Assembly: GCA_964583985.1 (NCBI GenBank) | Contig: CAZOYD010000007.1 | Location: 1 to 33,687 of the forward strand | DNA: 33,687 nucleotides | Reading direction: 5' to 3' | Source: an uncultured archaeon | Lineage (GTDB): Archaea; Asgardarchaeota; Lokiarchaeia; Sigyniarchaeales; SOKP01 | Shown here: positions 8,523 through 17,819 of the stretch, in pieces | Position numbering within the stretch: position 1 is the first letter of the stretch | Layout of the letters: every line of letters starts with the position of its first letter | Notes under the pieces: generated by a model | What the model was told of the DNA's origin: nothing | The model's database searches: none | What the model saw: only the letters and a program-made list of their open reading frames with translations | Position numbers and translations under genes: made by a program

Positions 8523-10622
8523 TTAAACCCTAGTAGGATTTAAATATTCCAACATCTTCTGAACTTCATTAGTTGGTGGTTTGCAAGTCTTATTGATACA
8601 GACATAAGCTGTAGCTTTATTCAAGTATTTATCAAAAAACTCAACATAATTCGCAATTTTATCAATTGGGGGAGAATCTTTCTCAGTTTCACGATATAAT
8701 AACGTTTTATTCGGTAAATATTCCGTTCTAATCGATTCTATCATCTTTAGAGTATCCTCTTTCCCCTTATCTCCTGATATTACTAAAGAATAAGTAGGAC
8801 CAACGGCAAAATCAACTGCGGTCATTAAAAAAGCGTGTGCTGAAGGATTATTTCTAACATTTTCGGCAAAAATTCGGCTAATGATATCTGCTTTTCGTTC
8901 AAATTCTTGATTTCCTGTTATTTGAGAGAGCCGTAATAGATTAAGCATTGAAACGGAATTTCCTGAAGGAATTGCTCCATCATAAATTTCTTTTTGGCGA
9001 GCTATTAACTCTTCACCCTCTTTAGCTGTAAAATAAAATCCCCCAATTTCATTATCCCAAAATTGATCAATTTGGATATTCATAAGATAAATAGCCTTTT
9101 TGAGATAAAATATTTCGAAAGTGCTTTCATATAATTCCAATAAAGCCCATATTAAAAAAGAATAATCATCTAAATATGCAATAATCTCTGCAGAATTTTG
9201 TCGAAACCTATGTAATAAGTGCTCTTTTTCATCTTTCAACTTTTCAAGAATGAATTTCATGGCTTTTTCAGCTATATCAACGTAGTTCTTGTCATTAAAC
9301 ACAAATCCTCCTTTCGCAAATGCCGCAATCATTAATCCATTCCAATCTGTTAGTATTTTATCATCTAAATGTGGTCTTATTCTTTTTTCTCGAGCTTGGA
9401 AAATTTTAATTCTAATAACTTCTAATTTAGTCTTTAACTCATCCAATGATAAATTTCTCGCTTTAGCAAAATTATTCAGATTTTCTGTTATATGAGGGAT
9501 ATTTTTTTCCGTATGTTTTCTGGTGGATTCTTCCAAATAATTACCCCCCTTTTTTATGTTATAAAATGAAGAAAAAAGCTCCATTTCTTCAAAATTTAAT
9601 ATTTTATCCAAATCATTTATATGCCATGTGTAAAATTTCCCTTCTACTCCTTCACTATCAGCATCTTCTGCAGAATAAAAGGCACCTTCTGGAGATTTCA
9701 TATCTCTTATGATATAATTAAAAATCTCCTTTGCAGTATCCTTATATTGAGAGTTATTAGTTGCTTGAAATGCCTCAATGTACGTAAAAGCTAGAAGTGC
9801 ATTGTCATAGAGCATTTTTTCAAAGTGAGGTACCAACCATTGTCGATCTGTTGAATATCTATGAAATCCATAACCAATATGATCATGAATGCCTCCCATT
9901 CTCATGTATTTTAGGGTTTTCTCAACCATATTTAATGCTTCTAAATTATTATCGCGTTTATATATCCGAAGTAGAAAAAGCAAAGCATGTGGGGTAGGGA
10001 ATTTTGGTGAGGTCCCAAATCCACCATACTCATCATCAAATCGATCTTTTAATTGTTCATATGCATTATGTAAAACTGTTTCGTTTAGACTATTTCCAGG
10101 GGATTCAAGATTGATATCTTGAAGGGCAAATACAATTCTTTCACTAGAGTTAATTATATCCTCCTTATGATTATTCCAAAGATCTTTTACTTTTATAATT
10201 AAATCAACTAATCCTATTCTGCCAAAACGAGATTCCTTGGGAAAGTATGTACCCGCAAAAAAAGGTTTTTTATCAGGTGTCATTATTATTGTAAGTGGCC
10301 ATCCTCCTGAATTATTCATCATCTGGCAAACCATCATGTAAATTTTATCTATATCAGGGCGTTCCTCCCTATCTACTTTTATTGAAATAAACATTTCATT
10401 CATTAATTTCGCTACTTCTAAATCTTCAAAAGATTCATGAGCCATAACGTGGCACCAGTGGCAAGTAGAATACCCAATCGATAAAAAAATCGGCTTATTT
10501 TCTTTTTTCGCCTTTTGAAAGGCTTGCTCTGTCCACGGAAACCAATTTACAGGGTTTTTGGCGTGTTGTAACAAATAGGGACTTTTCTCGTTTATTAACT
10601 TATTATATTTTATTTCTGTCAT
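8523..10622 (-). CDS. yyaL: Thioredoxin-domain protein with (alpha/alpha)6 barrel, YyaL/SPATA20 (DUF255) family
   Basis: [79 protein letters not shown]. Confidence 0.93.
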   Translation of the reverse strand: MTEIKYNKLINEKSPYLLQHAKNPVNWFPWTEQAFQKAKKENKPIFLSIGYSTCHWCHVMAHESFEDLEVAKLMNEMFISIKVDREERPDIDKIYMMVCQMMNNSGGWPLTIIMTPDKKPFFAGTYFPKESRFGRIGLVDLIIKVKDLWNNHKEDIINSSERIVFALQDINLESPGNSLNETVLHNAYEQLKDRFDDEYGGFGTSPKFPTPHALLFLLRIYKRDNNLEALNMVEKTLKYMRMGGIHDHIGYGFHRYSTDRQWLVPHFEKMLYDNALLAFTYIEAFQATNNSQYKDTAKEIFNYIIRDMKSPEGAFYSAEDADSEGVEGKFYTWHINDLDKILNFEEMELFSSFYNIKKGGNYLEESTRKHTEKNIPHITENLNNFAKARNLSLDELKTKLEVIRIKIFQAREKRIRPHLDDKILTDWNGLMIAAFAKGGFVFNDKNYVDIAEKAMKFILEKLKDEKEHLLHRFRQNSAEIIAYLDDYSFLIWALLELYESTFEIFYLKKAIYLMNIQIDQFWDNEIGGFYFTAKEGEELIARQKEIYDGAIPSGNSVSMLNLLRLSQITGNQEFERKADIISRIFAENVRNNPSAHAFLMTAVDFAVGPTYSLVISGDKGKEDTLKMIESIRTEYLPNKTLLYRETEKDSPPIDKIANYVEFFDKYLNKATAYVCINKTCKPPTNEVQKMLEYLNPTRV

Positions 10623-10812
10623 ATTATTTAATCTGTTTTTACCACTCTAAATAATAGATATCTTGCAATTATATCAAAATAATGTTTATAATTCATGAGG
10701 TAAAATAGCTTAGCTCATAGCAATCAAAAGATAAAAAATAAGAATTATGATATTTTTTAAATTATAAATTTGAAATTCTAATTTAAAACAAAACTTAGTG
10801 TGGTTTTCTAAA

Positions 10813-11379
10813 TTGAAGGTTGTATTATTTAATGGGAGTCCTAGAAAAGAAGGAAATACATATCATTGCTTAAGCACTGTAATGCAAGAATTAACATCTG
10901 AAGGAATTGATTGTGATTATGTTTGGATCGGCATGGATAAATTACAAGGATGTACTGCATGTTACAAATGTGTTGAGAATAATGATCAAAGGTGTATTCT
11001 GAAAGGAGATAAAATGAACGAGTATATTGAAAAAATGCTCGAGGCTGATGGAATAATCATCGGGTCACCAACATATTTCTCAAATTTAACTACAAGTACG
11101 AAAGCATTGATAGAACGCGCTGGTTATGCAACATCTGGACATTTAAAAAACAAGATTGGTGCAGCTGTCGTGGCGGTTAGAAGGGCGGGCGCTAACCACG
11201 TCTTTTCGAGTATTAATTATTTCTTTTTAATCAAAGAAATGATTGTAGTTGGAAGTACATATTGGAACATGGGAATTGGAAGGGATCCAGGGGAAGTATT
11301 AGATGATAAAGAAGGAATTCGAACATTTAAAAATCTGGGCAAAAATTTTGCGTATGTACTTAAAAAAATGAAAGCTTAA
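10813..11379 (+). CDS. Iron-sulfur flavoprotein (Isf-like, flavodoxin/FMN-reductase family)
   Basis: NGSPRKEGNT FMN loop, compact CTACYKC-x7-C cluster motif, GSPTYF, RRAG. TTG 10813 is preferred over GTG 10798 as start. Confidence 0.88.
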   Translation: MKVVLFNGSPRKEGNTYHCLSTVMQELTSEGIDCDYVWIGMDKLQGCTACYKCVENNDQRCILKGDKMNEYIEKMLEADGIIIGSPTYFSNLTTSTKALIERAGYATSGHLKNKIGAAVVAVRRAGANHVFSSINYFFLIKEMIVVGSTYWNMGIGRDPGEVLDDKEGIRTFKNLGKNFAYVLKKMKA

Positions 11380-11394
11380 TTTTTTTTATTTTTA

Positions 11395-11976
11395 TTATTC
11401 TATACGATTTTCGATAAATTTATTTCCATATTCATTTATGTATATCAATTTAGAAAGCGGTTTACGAGGTGGTCTTTGTTTTTCACCTAATTTCATATTT
11501 TCACTTAGAACGGGATTAACTTCACTTGAATGTTTTCCTATGTTAATAAAAGTGATCAATCTCAGTTCTTTAGGAATATTTAATATTTCTTTAGCTTTTT
11601 CTTCATCGAATCCAGCAATAGGGTGTGCAACAAGTCCCAATTCCGTAGCTCTTAATATTATAAAAGCAACTGCCATTCCAGTATCAAATAAATAATACAT
11701 TCGTTCTTTTATTACGCAATCGTCCTTAGGAGTGGAAAAAACAGCAATCATCATGGAGGATTTTTCAACCCACTTGTTGCCAGGAGTTAAAGTGGAAAAT
11801 AGTTTTTCTAATTGTTCTTTATTATAGACAAATACAAAACGCCACGGTTGACTGTTACTGCATGATGGAGCGATTTGAGCAACATGAGCCAAATCATTTA
11901 TTAAATCATCATCTATTTCAACCGGATCTAATGATCTATAAGCTCGTCTCTTTTCTGTTGCTTCTTTCACATTCAT
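11395..11976 (-). CDS. Nitroreductase family protein
   Basis: KRRAYR, APSCSNSQPWRF, DTGMA...ATELGL..HPIAGFD, RK near the C-terminus. Confidence 0.92.
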   Translation of the reverse strand: MNVKEATEKRRAYRSLDPVEIDDDLINDLAHVAQIAPSCSNSQPWRFVFVYNKEQLEKLFSTLTPGNKWVEKSSMMIAVFSTPKDDCVIKERMYYLFDTGMAVAFIILRATELGLVAHPIAGFDEEKAKEILNIPKELRLITFINIGKHSSEVNPVLSENMKLGEKQRPPRKPLSKLIYINEYGNKFIENRIE

Positions 11977-12118
11977 ATTATAATCACCAAATTTCTTTAT
12001 TGAATTACAAAGAAAAACAAGTTATATCAAAATTAGGATTATATTCTATTAGATTTTTAAAGAGTAAATTTTTAATTGTTATATTTAATCAAAGATTAAA
12101 TAAGATATTAGGTAAAAA

Positions 12119-12601
12119 TTAAGCAGTTAATTCTACTAATTTAGATTTGACTTCTTCAGCATGTCCATTTACACTTACTTTAGGCCAAATAAAAGCAATT
12201 TTTCCTTCAGCATTAATTAAAAAAGTGCTCCGAATTACACCTTGATATGTATTACCTTTAAATTTTTTTAATCCCCATACTCCATATTTCGTTAATACTA
12301 TTTTTTCTTCATCACTGAGCAGTGTAACCTTCAATTTCTTTTTTTCTATGAATTTTCCATGCGATTCTGGACTGTCAGGGCTTACTCCGATTACGGTTGC
12401 ATCTAATTTCTCTAATTCCGGTAAGATTTCCGTAAATCCAATTGCTTCAGTGGTACAACCAGGAGTGTTATCAGCGGGATAAAAGTATAAGATAACATTT
12501 TTTCCTAAAAACTCTTTTAAACATACCTTTTTTTTATCTTTATCAAGAAGACAAAATTCTGGCGCTATGTCTCCAATTTTAAATTCAATTTTATCAGGCA
12601 T
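12119..12601 (-). CDS. bcp: Peroxiredoxin, Bcp/PrxQ family
   Basis: YFYPADNTPGCTTEA, GVSPD, RSTFLI; the helix-2 resolving Cys position is Ile. Confidence 0.92.
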   Translation of the reverse strand: MPDKIEFKIGDIAPEFCLLDKDKKKVCLKEFLGKNVILYFYPADNTPGCTTEAIGFTEILPELEKLDATVIGVSPDSPESHGKFIEKKKLKVTLLSDEEKIVLTKYGVWGLKKFKGNTYQGVIRSTFLINAEGKIAFIWPKVSVNGHAEEVKSKLVELTA

Positions 12602-12820
12602 TCTTATTTTCTCTATTTGTTTTAATTTTTTTTAATCTGTAATTCAAAGATGAAGTTGATAATTTGAACCTTCAGATTATTATTTATCATCTTATTTTTG
12701 AGTTTGTTTACACCAGATTTCTTGCTTGTCTTTAAAATTAATAAATTATAAAATCCCTAAAAATAAATTATATAAATCACATTCTTTTTACACATAAATA
12801 CAAATAAAAAGGGATGAAAT

Positions 12821-13435
12821 TTGGAAAAAAGGAATTTGGGTTATTTTCTGTTTATTATAGGATTTATATTTTTAATAATTTCATTCATGACAATTTGGGC
12901 CTTAACCATTAATTGGGTGCCATCAAATGGAATTTATTTACTATTTACGATTCCGCTATTAATCTTTAGCACTTCTACTTTAATTGCCGCCATTTTTTTG
13001 ATATACCAAGATCATTTAAATAACATAATTAAAGGTTTGATCTTAATTCTTGATGGGCTGGTTCCAACATTCACTCCTATTTATGCTTTATTTGATCCCC
13101 GATTACAACCTTTTAGTGATATTCGAGGAATGGTTCTTATTCCTTTGTTCTTGGTAGGAGTTTTTATTATAATATATGGAATTGGATGGTTAGTAATAGA
13201 TAAATATGTTACTATCAAACTACGAAAAAAATTGAATAAAATTTTAGGCTCTATTTCTATAGGTATTGGTATTCTAAATTCGATATTCTTTATCTTTGTG
13301 CTGAACTATGATGCAAGTCAGCCCTTACTTGTGACTTGGCTACTTGTTGGAGCAATCTTAATTATTTTTGGGATCATCCTGGTTTTTAAAAAAGTAGATA
13401 GCGCTAAAATTAAATCAAGTAGAAAGAAAAGATAA
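12821..13435 (+). CDS. Integral membrane protein (~6 TM helices)
   Basis: Six long hydrophobic segments and a basic C-terminal tail; TTG start after GGGATG. Confidence 0.8.
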   Translation: MEKRNLGYFLFIIGFIFLIISFMTIWALTINWVPSNGIYLLFTIPLLIFSTSTLIAAIFLIYQDHLNNIIKGLILILDGLVPTFTPIYALFDPRLQPFSDIRGMVLIPLFLVGVFIIIYGIGWLVIDKYVTIKLRKKLNKILGSISIGIGILNSIFFIFVLNYDASQPLLVTWLLVGAILIIFGIILVFKKVDSAKIKSSRKKR

Positions 13436-13471
13436 AATTTTAATTAGCCTGTTCTATAATATTTTTTTATT

Positions 13472-14872
13472 TTACATTTTAAAATAATTCGCAGCGTTAT
13501 TATAACAAACATTTTCAATCATTTCCCCTAATAAATTCATATCAGCTGGTATTTTTCCTTTTTCAACATCCATTCCAATTATATTGCATAATATCCTTCG
13601 AAAATATTCGTGCCTTGGAAATGAAAGAAAACTTCTTGAATCTGTAGTCATTCCAATAAAGTGATATAACAAACCAAGATTTGATAATGAATTAATTTGT
13701 TTTGTGATCCCATCAATCTGATCTAAAAACCACCAACTTGGTCCAAATTGAATTTTCCCAGGACAAGTCTCATCTTGAAAATTTCCAATCATGGATGCAA
13801 CCATTTCATTATCTCTTGGATTGAGATTATAAATCACTGTTTTAGTGAGTTCATTTGATTGGTCAAGACGATCTAAAAATTTTGCCATATCTCTACTCAG
13901 GTTATAGTCTCCTATTGTATCACAACCAACATCAGGGCCTAAATTATTAAATAATCGAGTGTTTACATTGCGAAGTGCTCCAATATGGTATTGTTGAACC
14001 CAACCCCTCTTATGATTTAACCTTCCAACTTCAAATAAAAAAGCAGATTTAAATTTTGATGCTTCCAAATCGGACAACTCATTATTTGAAAGGATTTTTT
14101 GAAATATCATTTCAATATCTTGATCGGAATAGTTTTTGGCATATAAATGATCAACTCCATGGTCAGCTATGCGACAACCGTTATTATGGAAGTACTTATG
14201 ACGAATTCTTATTGCTTCTATCAAGCTAGAAAAATTTACTATTGGAACTTCAGATATTTCACCTAATTGTCGAATATACTTTATAAAATGCGCAGTATTT
14301 TCAATATTCATTGCACTATCGGGTCTAAAAGTTGGAAAAACCTTAACTTTATATCCATCCGATTTTATCTTCTTATGAAAATCCAAAGAGTCGATTGGAT
14401 CGTTTGAAGTACAGATTAATTTTACATTCATCATTTCTATGAGGTTTTTGATTGAGTATTCAGAAGATTTTAATAATTTAGAACAATGGTCATAAATCTT
14501 CTTGCTTGTTCCTGAATTTAGTAAATCTGAAATCTTAAAATAACGTTTTAATTCCAAATGAGTCCAATCGTAGAGTGGATTTCGAATTGTTTTAGGTACA
14601 GTTTCTGCCCACTTTTCGAATTTTTCATAATCTGTAGCATTACCCGTGCAAAAATACTCAGATATTCCATTAGCACGCATCAATCTCCATTTATAATGAT
14701 CTTCAGCAAGCCATGCTTGTCCAATATTATCAAAATTAATGTCATTAGCGATATCTTCTGCTGGTAAATGGCTATGAAAATCATATATCGGCATAGTTTT
14801 GGCGTGTTCGTGAAATAAATATTGAGCGGTTTTTGTTTCCAATAGAAAATTATCATCCATAAAAGGTTTCAT
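13472..14872 (-). CDS. uxaC: Uronate (glucuronate/galacturonate) isomerase
   Basis: FMDDNFLL, PIYDFHSHL, DHYKWRLMRANG, NPLYDWTHLEL, PTFRPD, QYHIGALRN, WWFLD, TDSRSFLSFPRHEYFRR. Confidence 0.96.
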   Translation of the reverse strand: MKPFMDDNFLLETKTAQYLFHEHAKTMPIYDFHSHLPAEDIANDINFDNIGQAWLAEDHYKWRLMRANGISEYFCTGNATDYEKFEKWAETVPKTIRNPLYDWTHLELKRYFKISDLLNSGTSKKIYDHCSKLLKSSEYSIKNLIEMMNVKLICTSNDPIDSLDFHKKIKSDGYKVKVFPTFRPDSAMNIENTAHFIKYIRQLGEISEVPIVNFSSLIEAIRIRHKYFHNNGCRIADHGVDHLYAKNYSDQDIEMIFQKILSNNELSDLEASKFKSAFLFEVGRLNHKRGWVQQYHIGALRNVNTRLFNNLGPDVGCDTIGDYNLSRDMAKFLDRLDQSNELTKTVIYNLNPRDNEMVASMIGNFQDETCPGKIQFGPSWWFLDQIDGITKQINSLSNLGLLYHFIGMTTDSRSFLSFPRHEYFRRILCNIIGMDVEKGKIPADMNLLGEMIENVCYNNAANYFKM

Positions 14873-15024
14873 CGATGCATCCTCAGATTATTATTCGATA
14901 AGTAACTATTTTTTTATTTCCATAAAAGGATTAGGTAGTCTTATTTTTTTTAATACGCTCAATTTTCATTGAGTTAATAATCTAAAATGTTAAAAAATAT
15001 AAGAAATTGAATTTAGAAGTATTA

Positions 15025-16524
15025 TTACGGATCATTTCTGAAAGGGTGACGAGCATTTTCCGCATTATCAATTGCATCTTCAACCGTAGGAAGCCCCTCG
15101 ATTGCTTTTCGAATGGCATTCCTCGTAGCTTTATAGTTATTTATAAAAACTCTTTTACGACTACTCGCACTAGGATGTATAAAAACATTTACTATTATTA
15201 CAATGTCTTCAGAAGCAGCTTTTGGTAGTATCCCATCTTCAACACATTGTATTACGGCTTTAGCAATTGCAGCTTGTGCTGGTCCGTACGTTAAACTTGC
15301 ATGCCTAAGAGAAGTGACTTTTACTGTTGGGATCATTACTGTTGCTGGTTTTACTTGCATATTTGGTTCTAATATTACTTGTAGCCCTTCACGTCCTTTT
15401 GCTGGATGTGTCAAAGCTTTTGCATAAGCCTCTCCTACAGGTCCTTTCTTATCTCCAATTAATAGATCTATATGGGCCAGTTCTACTCGATCTCCTACTA
15501 AAGATTCACCTACTTTTAAGCTGAAATCTGATATCTTTTCAGGTGTAACACCAACGGCATAAAATCGACTTGTGAGTTCTTTTTCTCCAATCTCAAACTT
15601 GAGCTCTTTCTTTTCTATCAATCCTAATTTTTCTAATTCTACACGAAATTCATCTCTTAACTCATATGAAAGGGAATCTCCCAAAATTATTGGTTGACGC
15701 GTTATGCCTACAGGTATTCCCATAAGATTAAGACATTCCTTAGCACCCAATGCACCCGAATTAATTAGCATTCTTGCTATTTTTTGTACCTTTTTTTGCA
15801 GTGTTTGAGCTTCTGTTAAGCGATTATTTTGAACTAAATCATACAATTCTAGCCATATTTTAGGAATAACATTAGCTGACCCCAAGATGCATCCTGCAGC
15901 TCCACCTGCTAATGCTCCAAGCACCAACTCATCCCATCCGATTAAGACAGAAATTTTATCACTAACTTTTTCTAATAACGCAGAATGGTATTTATAATCG
16001 CCACTTGAATCTTTAATTGCCACAAAATTTTCGATATCAACTAAATCTTCTACCACGGTCCAAGGTAAATCAACTCCAGTGCACACGGGAATGTTATATA
16101 GTACAATTGGAATGTCTGTTTTTTCAGCGATGGAGAAATAATGATCGTATAACCCCTTGGCTTTTGGCTTTAAATAGTAAGGAGTGACGATAATAACTGC
16201 ATCTGCTCCTATATCCGTTGCAGCTTTACTAGCATCGATAACTAATTTAGTCCCCGTTTCTCCTGTACCAGCAATTACTGGCACTCTTCCATTCGTCTCA
16301 TCAACAACAATTTCAATCACTTTCAGTCGTTCCTTAAAAGTCATATTCACAAATTCTCCAGTTGTACCACAAGGCACAAGTCCAGTTACACCCTGTTCGA
16401 TGAAATAATTAACTAAATATCTCAATTGATCTTCATTTATCGATTCATCCTTATTGAAGGGAGTTACCATCGCAGGCATTACTCCTTTTGGTCTATAATC
16501 AAATTTTCCCATATTATTTTTCAC
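15025..16524 (-). CDS. Fusion of a DHDPS/NAL-family class I aldolase (aa 1-~303) and formaldehyde-activating enzyme Fae (aa ~336-499)
   Basis: N-terminal part: VTPF, GTTGE, TPYY, LYNIP (Y143), IKDSSG (K171), GWDE, GSANV. C-terminal part: VGESLVG..ELAHIDLLIG..GPVG, PN..VKP.T, GPAQAAIAKAV, VFIHP, NY.ATR.AI..A, RHPF. One uninterrupted frame; start GTG 16524 or ATG 16512. Confidence 0.92.
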   Translation of the reverse strand: MKNNMGKFDYRPKGVMPAMVTPFNKDESINEDQLRYLVNYFIEQGVTGLVPCGTTGEFVNMTFKERLKVIEIVVDETNGRVPVIAGTGETGTKLVIDASKAATDIGADAVIIVTPYYLKPKAKGLYDHYFSIAEKTDIPIVLYNIPVCTGVDLPWTVVEDLVDIENFVAIKDSSGDYKYHSALLEKVSDKISVLIGWDELVLGALAGGAAGCILGSANVIPKIWLELYDLVQNNRLTEAQTLQKKVQKIARMLINSGALGAKECLNLMGIPVGITRQPIILGDSLSYELRDEFRVELEKLGLIEKKELKFEIGEKELTSRFYAVGVTPEKISDFSLKVGESLVGDRVELAHIDLLIGDKKGPVGEAYAKALTHPAKGREGLQVILEPNMQVKPATVMIPTVKVTSLRHASLTYGPAQAAIAKAVIQCVEDGILPKAASEDIVIIVNVFIHPSASSRKRVFINNYKATRNAIRKAIEGLPTVEDAIDNAENARHPFRNDP

Positions 16525-16532
16525 TCTAATTT

Positions 16533-17819
16533 TTATTTATAATAATGCAAATTTCTTGCCGCAATAAAGGACAATCCGTTCCTTGTCAGTGCCTCTGCTG
16601 TTGAATTAACAGCATCATTCCGATCTAAATGGTTAATCCGAAGAAAATCCCATAATCCGGCCTTTATTATTTCTTCCTTAGGTAAAAAGTATTCAAGTAT
16701 ATCAGTAGGATGTTCTCGTTTTTCATCAACTTCAACGTTTCCCCCTTCATGCTTGGCACTTACATTCTTAACTTTTTTTGCTAAATCTAACAACTCATCC
16801 CTTCGATCATATGGCTGGCGAACAATACTTTTCCAAGTCTCCGTTATATGGTGCTCCAATCTAACGACATCCTCAAATCCGAAAGGTTTTCGGATATAAG
16901 CAGCCATTTCAATTGTGTCATTATTTACAGCGTTTGATAAATTAAACCCAATTAATGGGCTAGTTCCATCTTCTCGAGCGAATAATTTTGCCGTGAGTAA
17001 TGTCCATAAACAAGAATAAGGATTGTCGTTACCCATATAAACGCTAATTTTAAATTCATTATTTATTCCAAGTTTATGAATAAAATAACCTAAAAGCACG
17101 GTCCCAGGGTTGACATTTAGAACTTGTTTAATCCCATAGTTTGTATAATAATAAAGGAACTCATCTATCCATTTAAGTGCATAGTCATTTGGTTGTCCGA
17201 CACCTCCAAAATAACCAGTAATTGTATCTGGTCCGCCCAAATGTACATTAACAGGCATTCCATCTGGACCTGGAGCAGTTCCCTTTGTATCAAGCGTTTC
17301 AACCCAACTCGAACCAATAACTTGCATCGCCGCAGCCATAGCAGGCAAATCTCCATCTTCCTCTTGTTCTTTCATGCGTCTTACGCGAATGATTCTACCA
17401 GGAACTAATTTTTGATTTTCAAGTGCATCTTTAGCAATATCAATTAAAAAAGGAAAATATTGGCACGCAGATAATTCTAAGGTTACAGCAAAATCTTCAT
17501 TAAATTGCATTTCTGAAAACTGCTCTCCTAATATTTTTCTTCTATAATCATTAACGCTAATAAAGGAATGATTGTCACGCTCATTTATTAGCCACTCTAT
17601 ATCCTTAACATAATCAGGATTCTTTCTATTAATTTTATCAATTAAATTATCAAATTTGCTTGCTTCTTCTGCTTTCCTATTTATCTCATTGATACCACCA
17701 TATTTATCTAATATGGTAAATAAATCATTAATTAATGGATTTTCTTCATCCAGCAAAAAATCATTGACTGATTTTAGGGCATCCTTAGGGATTTCTAATT
17801 TTTTTCTTAAATCTTTCAT
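16533..17819 (-). CDS. Uncharacterised soluble protein, probably enzymatic, immediately upstream of the aldolase-Fae fusion
   Basis: 428 aa with motif-like blocks (VTLELSACQYFP, ETLDTKG, NVHLGGPDTITGYFGGVGQPN, FKISVYMGNDNP, GFNLSN, EHHITE, SAKHEGG); 8-nt gap to the next ORF. Confidence 0.85.
   Translation of the reverse strand: MKDLRKKLEIPKDALKSVNDFLLDEENPLINDLFTILDKYGGINEINRKAEEASKFDNLIDKINRKNPDYVKDIEWLINERDNHSFISVNDYRRKILGEQFSEMQFNEDFAVTLELSACQYFPFLIDIAKDALENQKLVPGRIIRVRRMKEQEEDGDLPAMAAAMQVIGSSWVETLDTKGTAPGPDGMPVNVHLGGPDTITGYFGGVGQPNDYALKWIDEFLYYYTNYGIKQVLNVNPGTVLLGYFIHKLGINNEFKISVYMGNDNPYSCLWTLLTAKLFAREDGTSPLIGFNLSNAVNNDTIEMAAYIRKPFGFEDVVRLEHHITETWKSIVRQPYDRRDELLDLAKKVKNVSAKHEGGNVEVDEKREHPTDILEYFLPKEEIIKAGLWDFLRINHLDRNDAVNSTAEALTRNGLSFIAARNLHYYK

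Noticed and set aside
15025-16524. Annotation as lysine-pathway dapA or as the Fae-Hps bifunctional enzyme
   Set aside because: The R138-equivalent is Cys and there are no dap neighbours; the partner domain is a DHDPS-type barrel placed N-terminally, not Hps.
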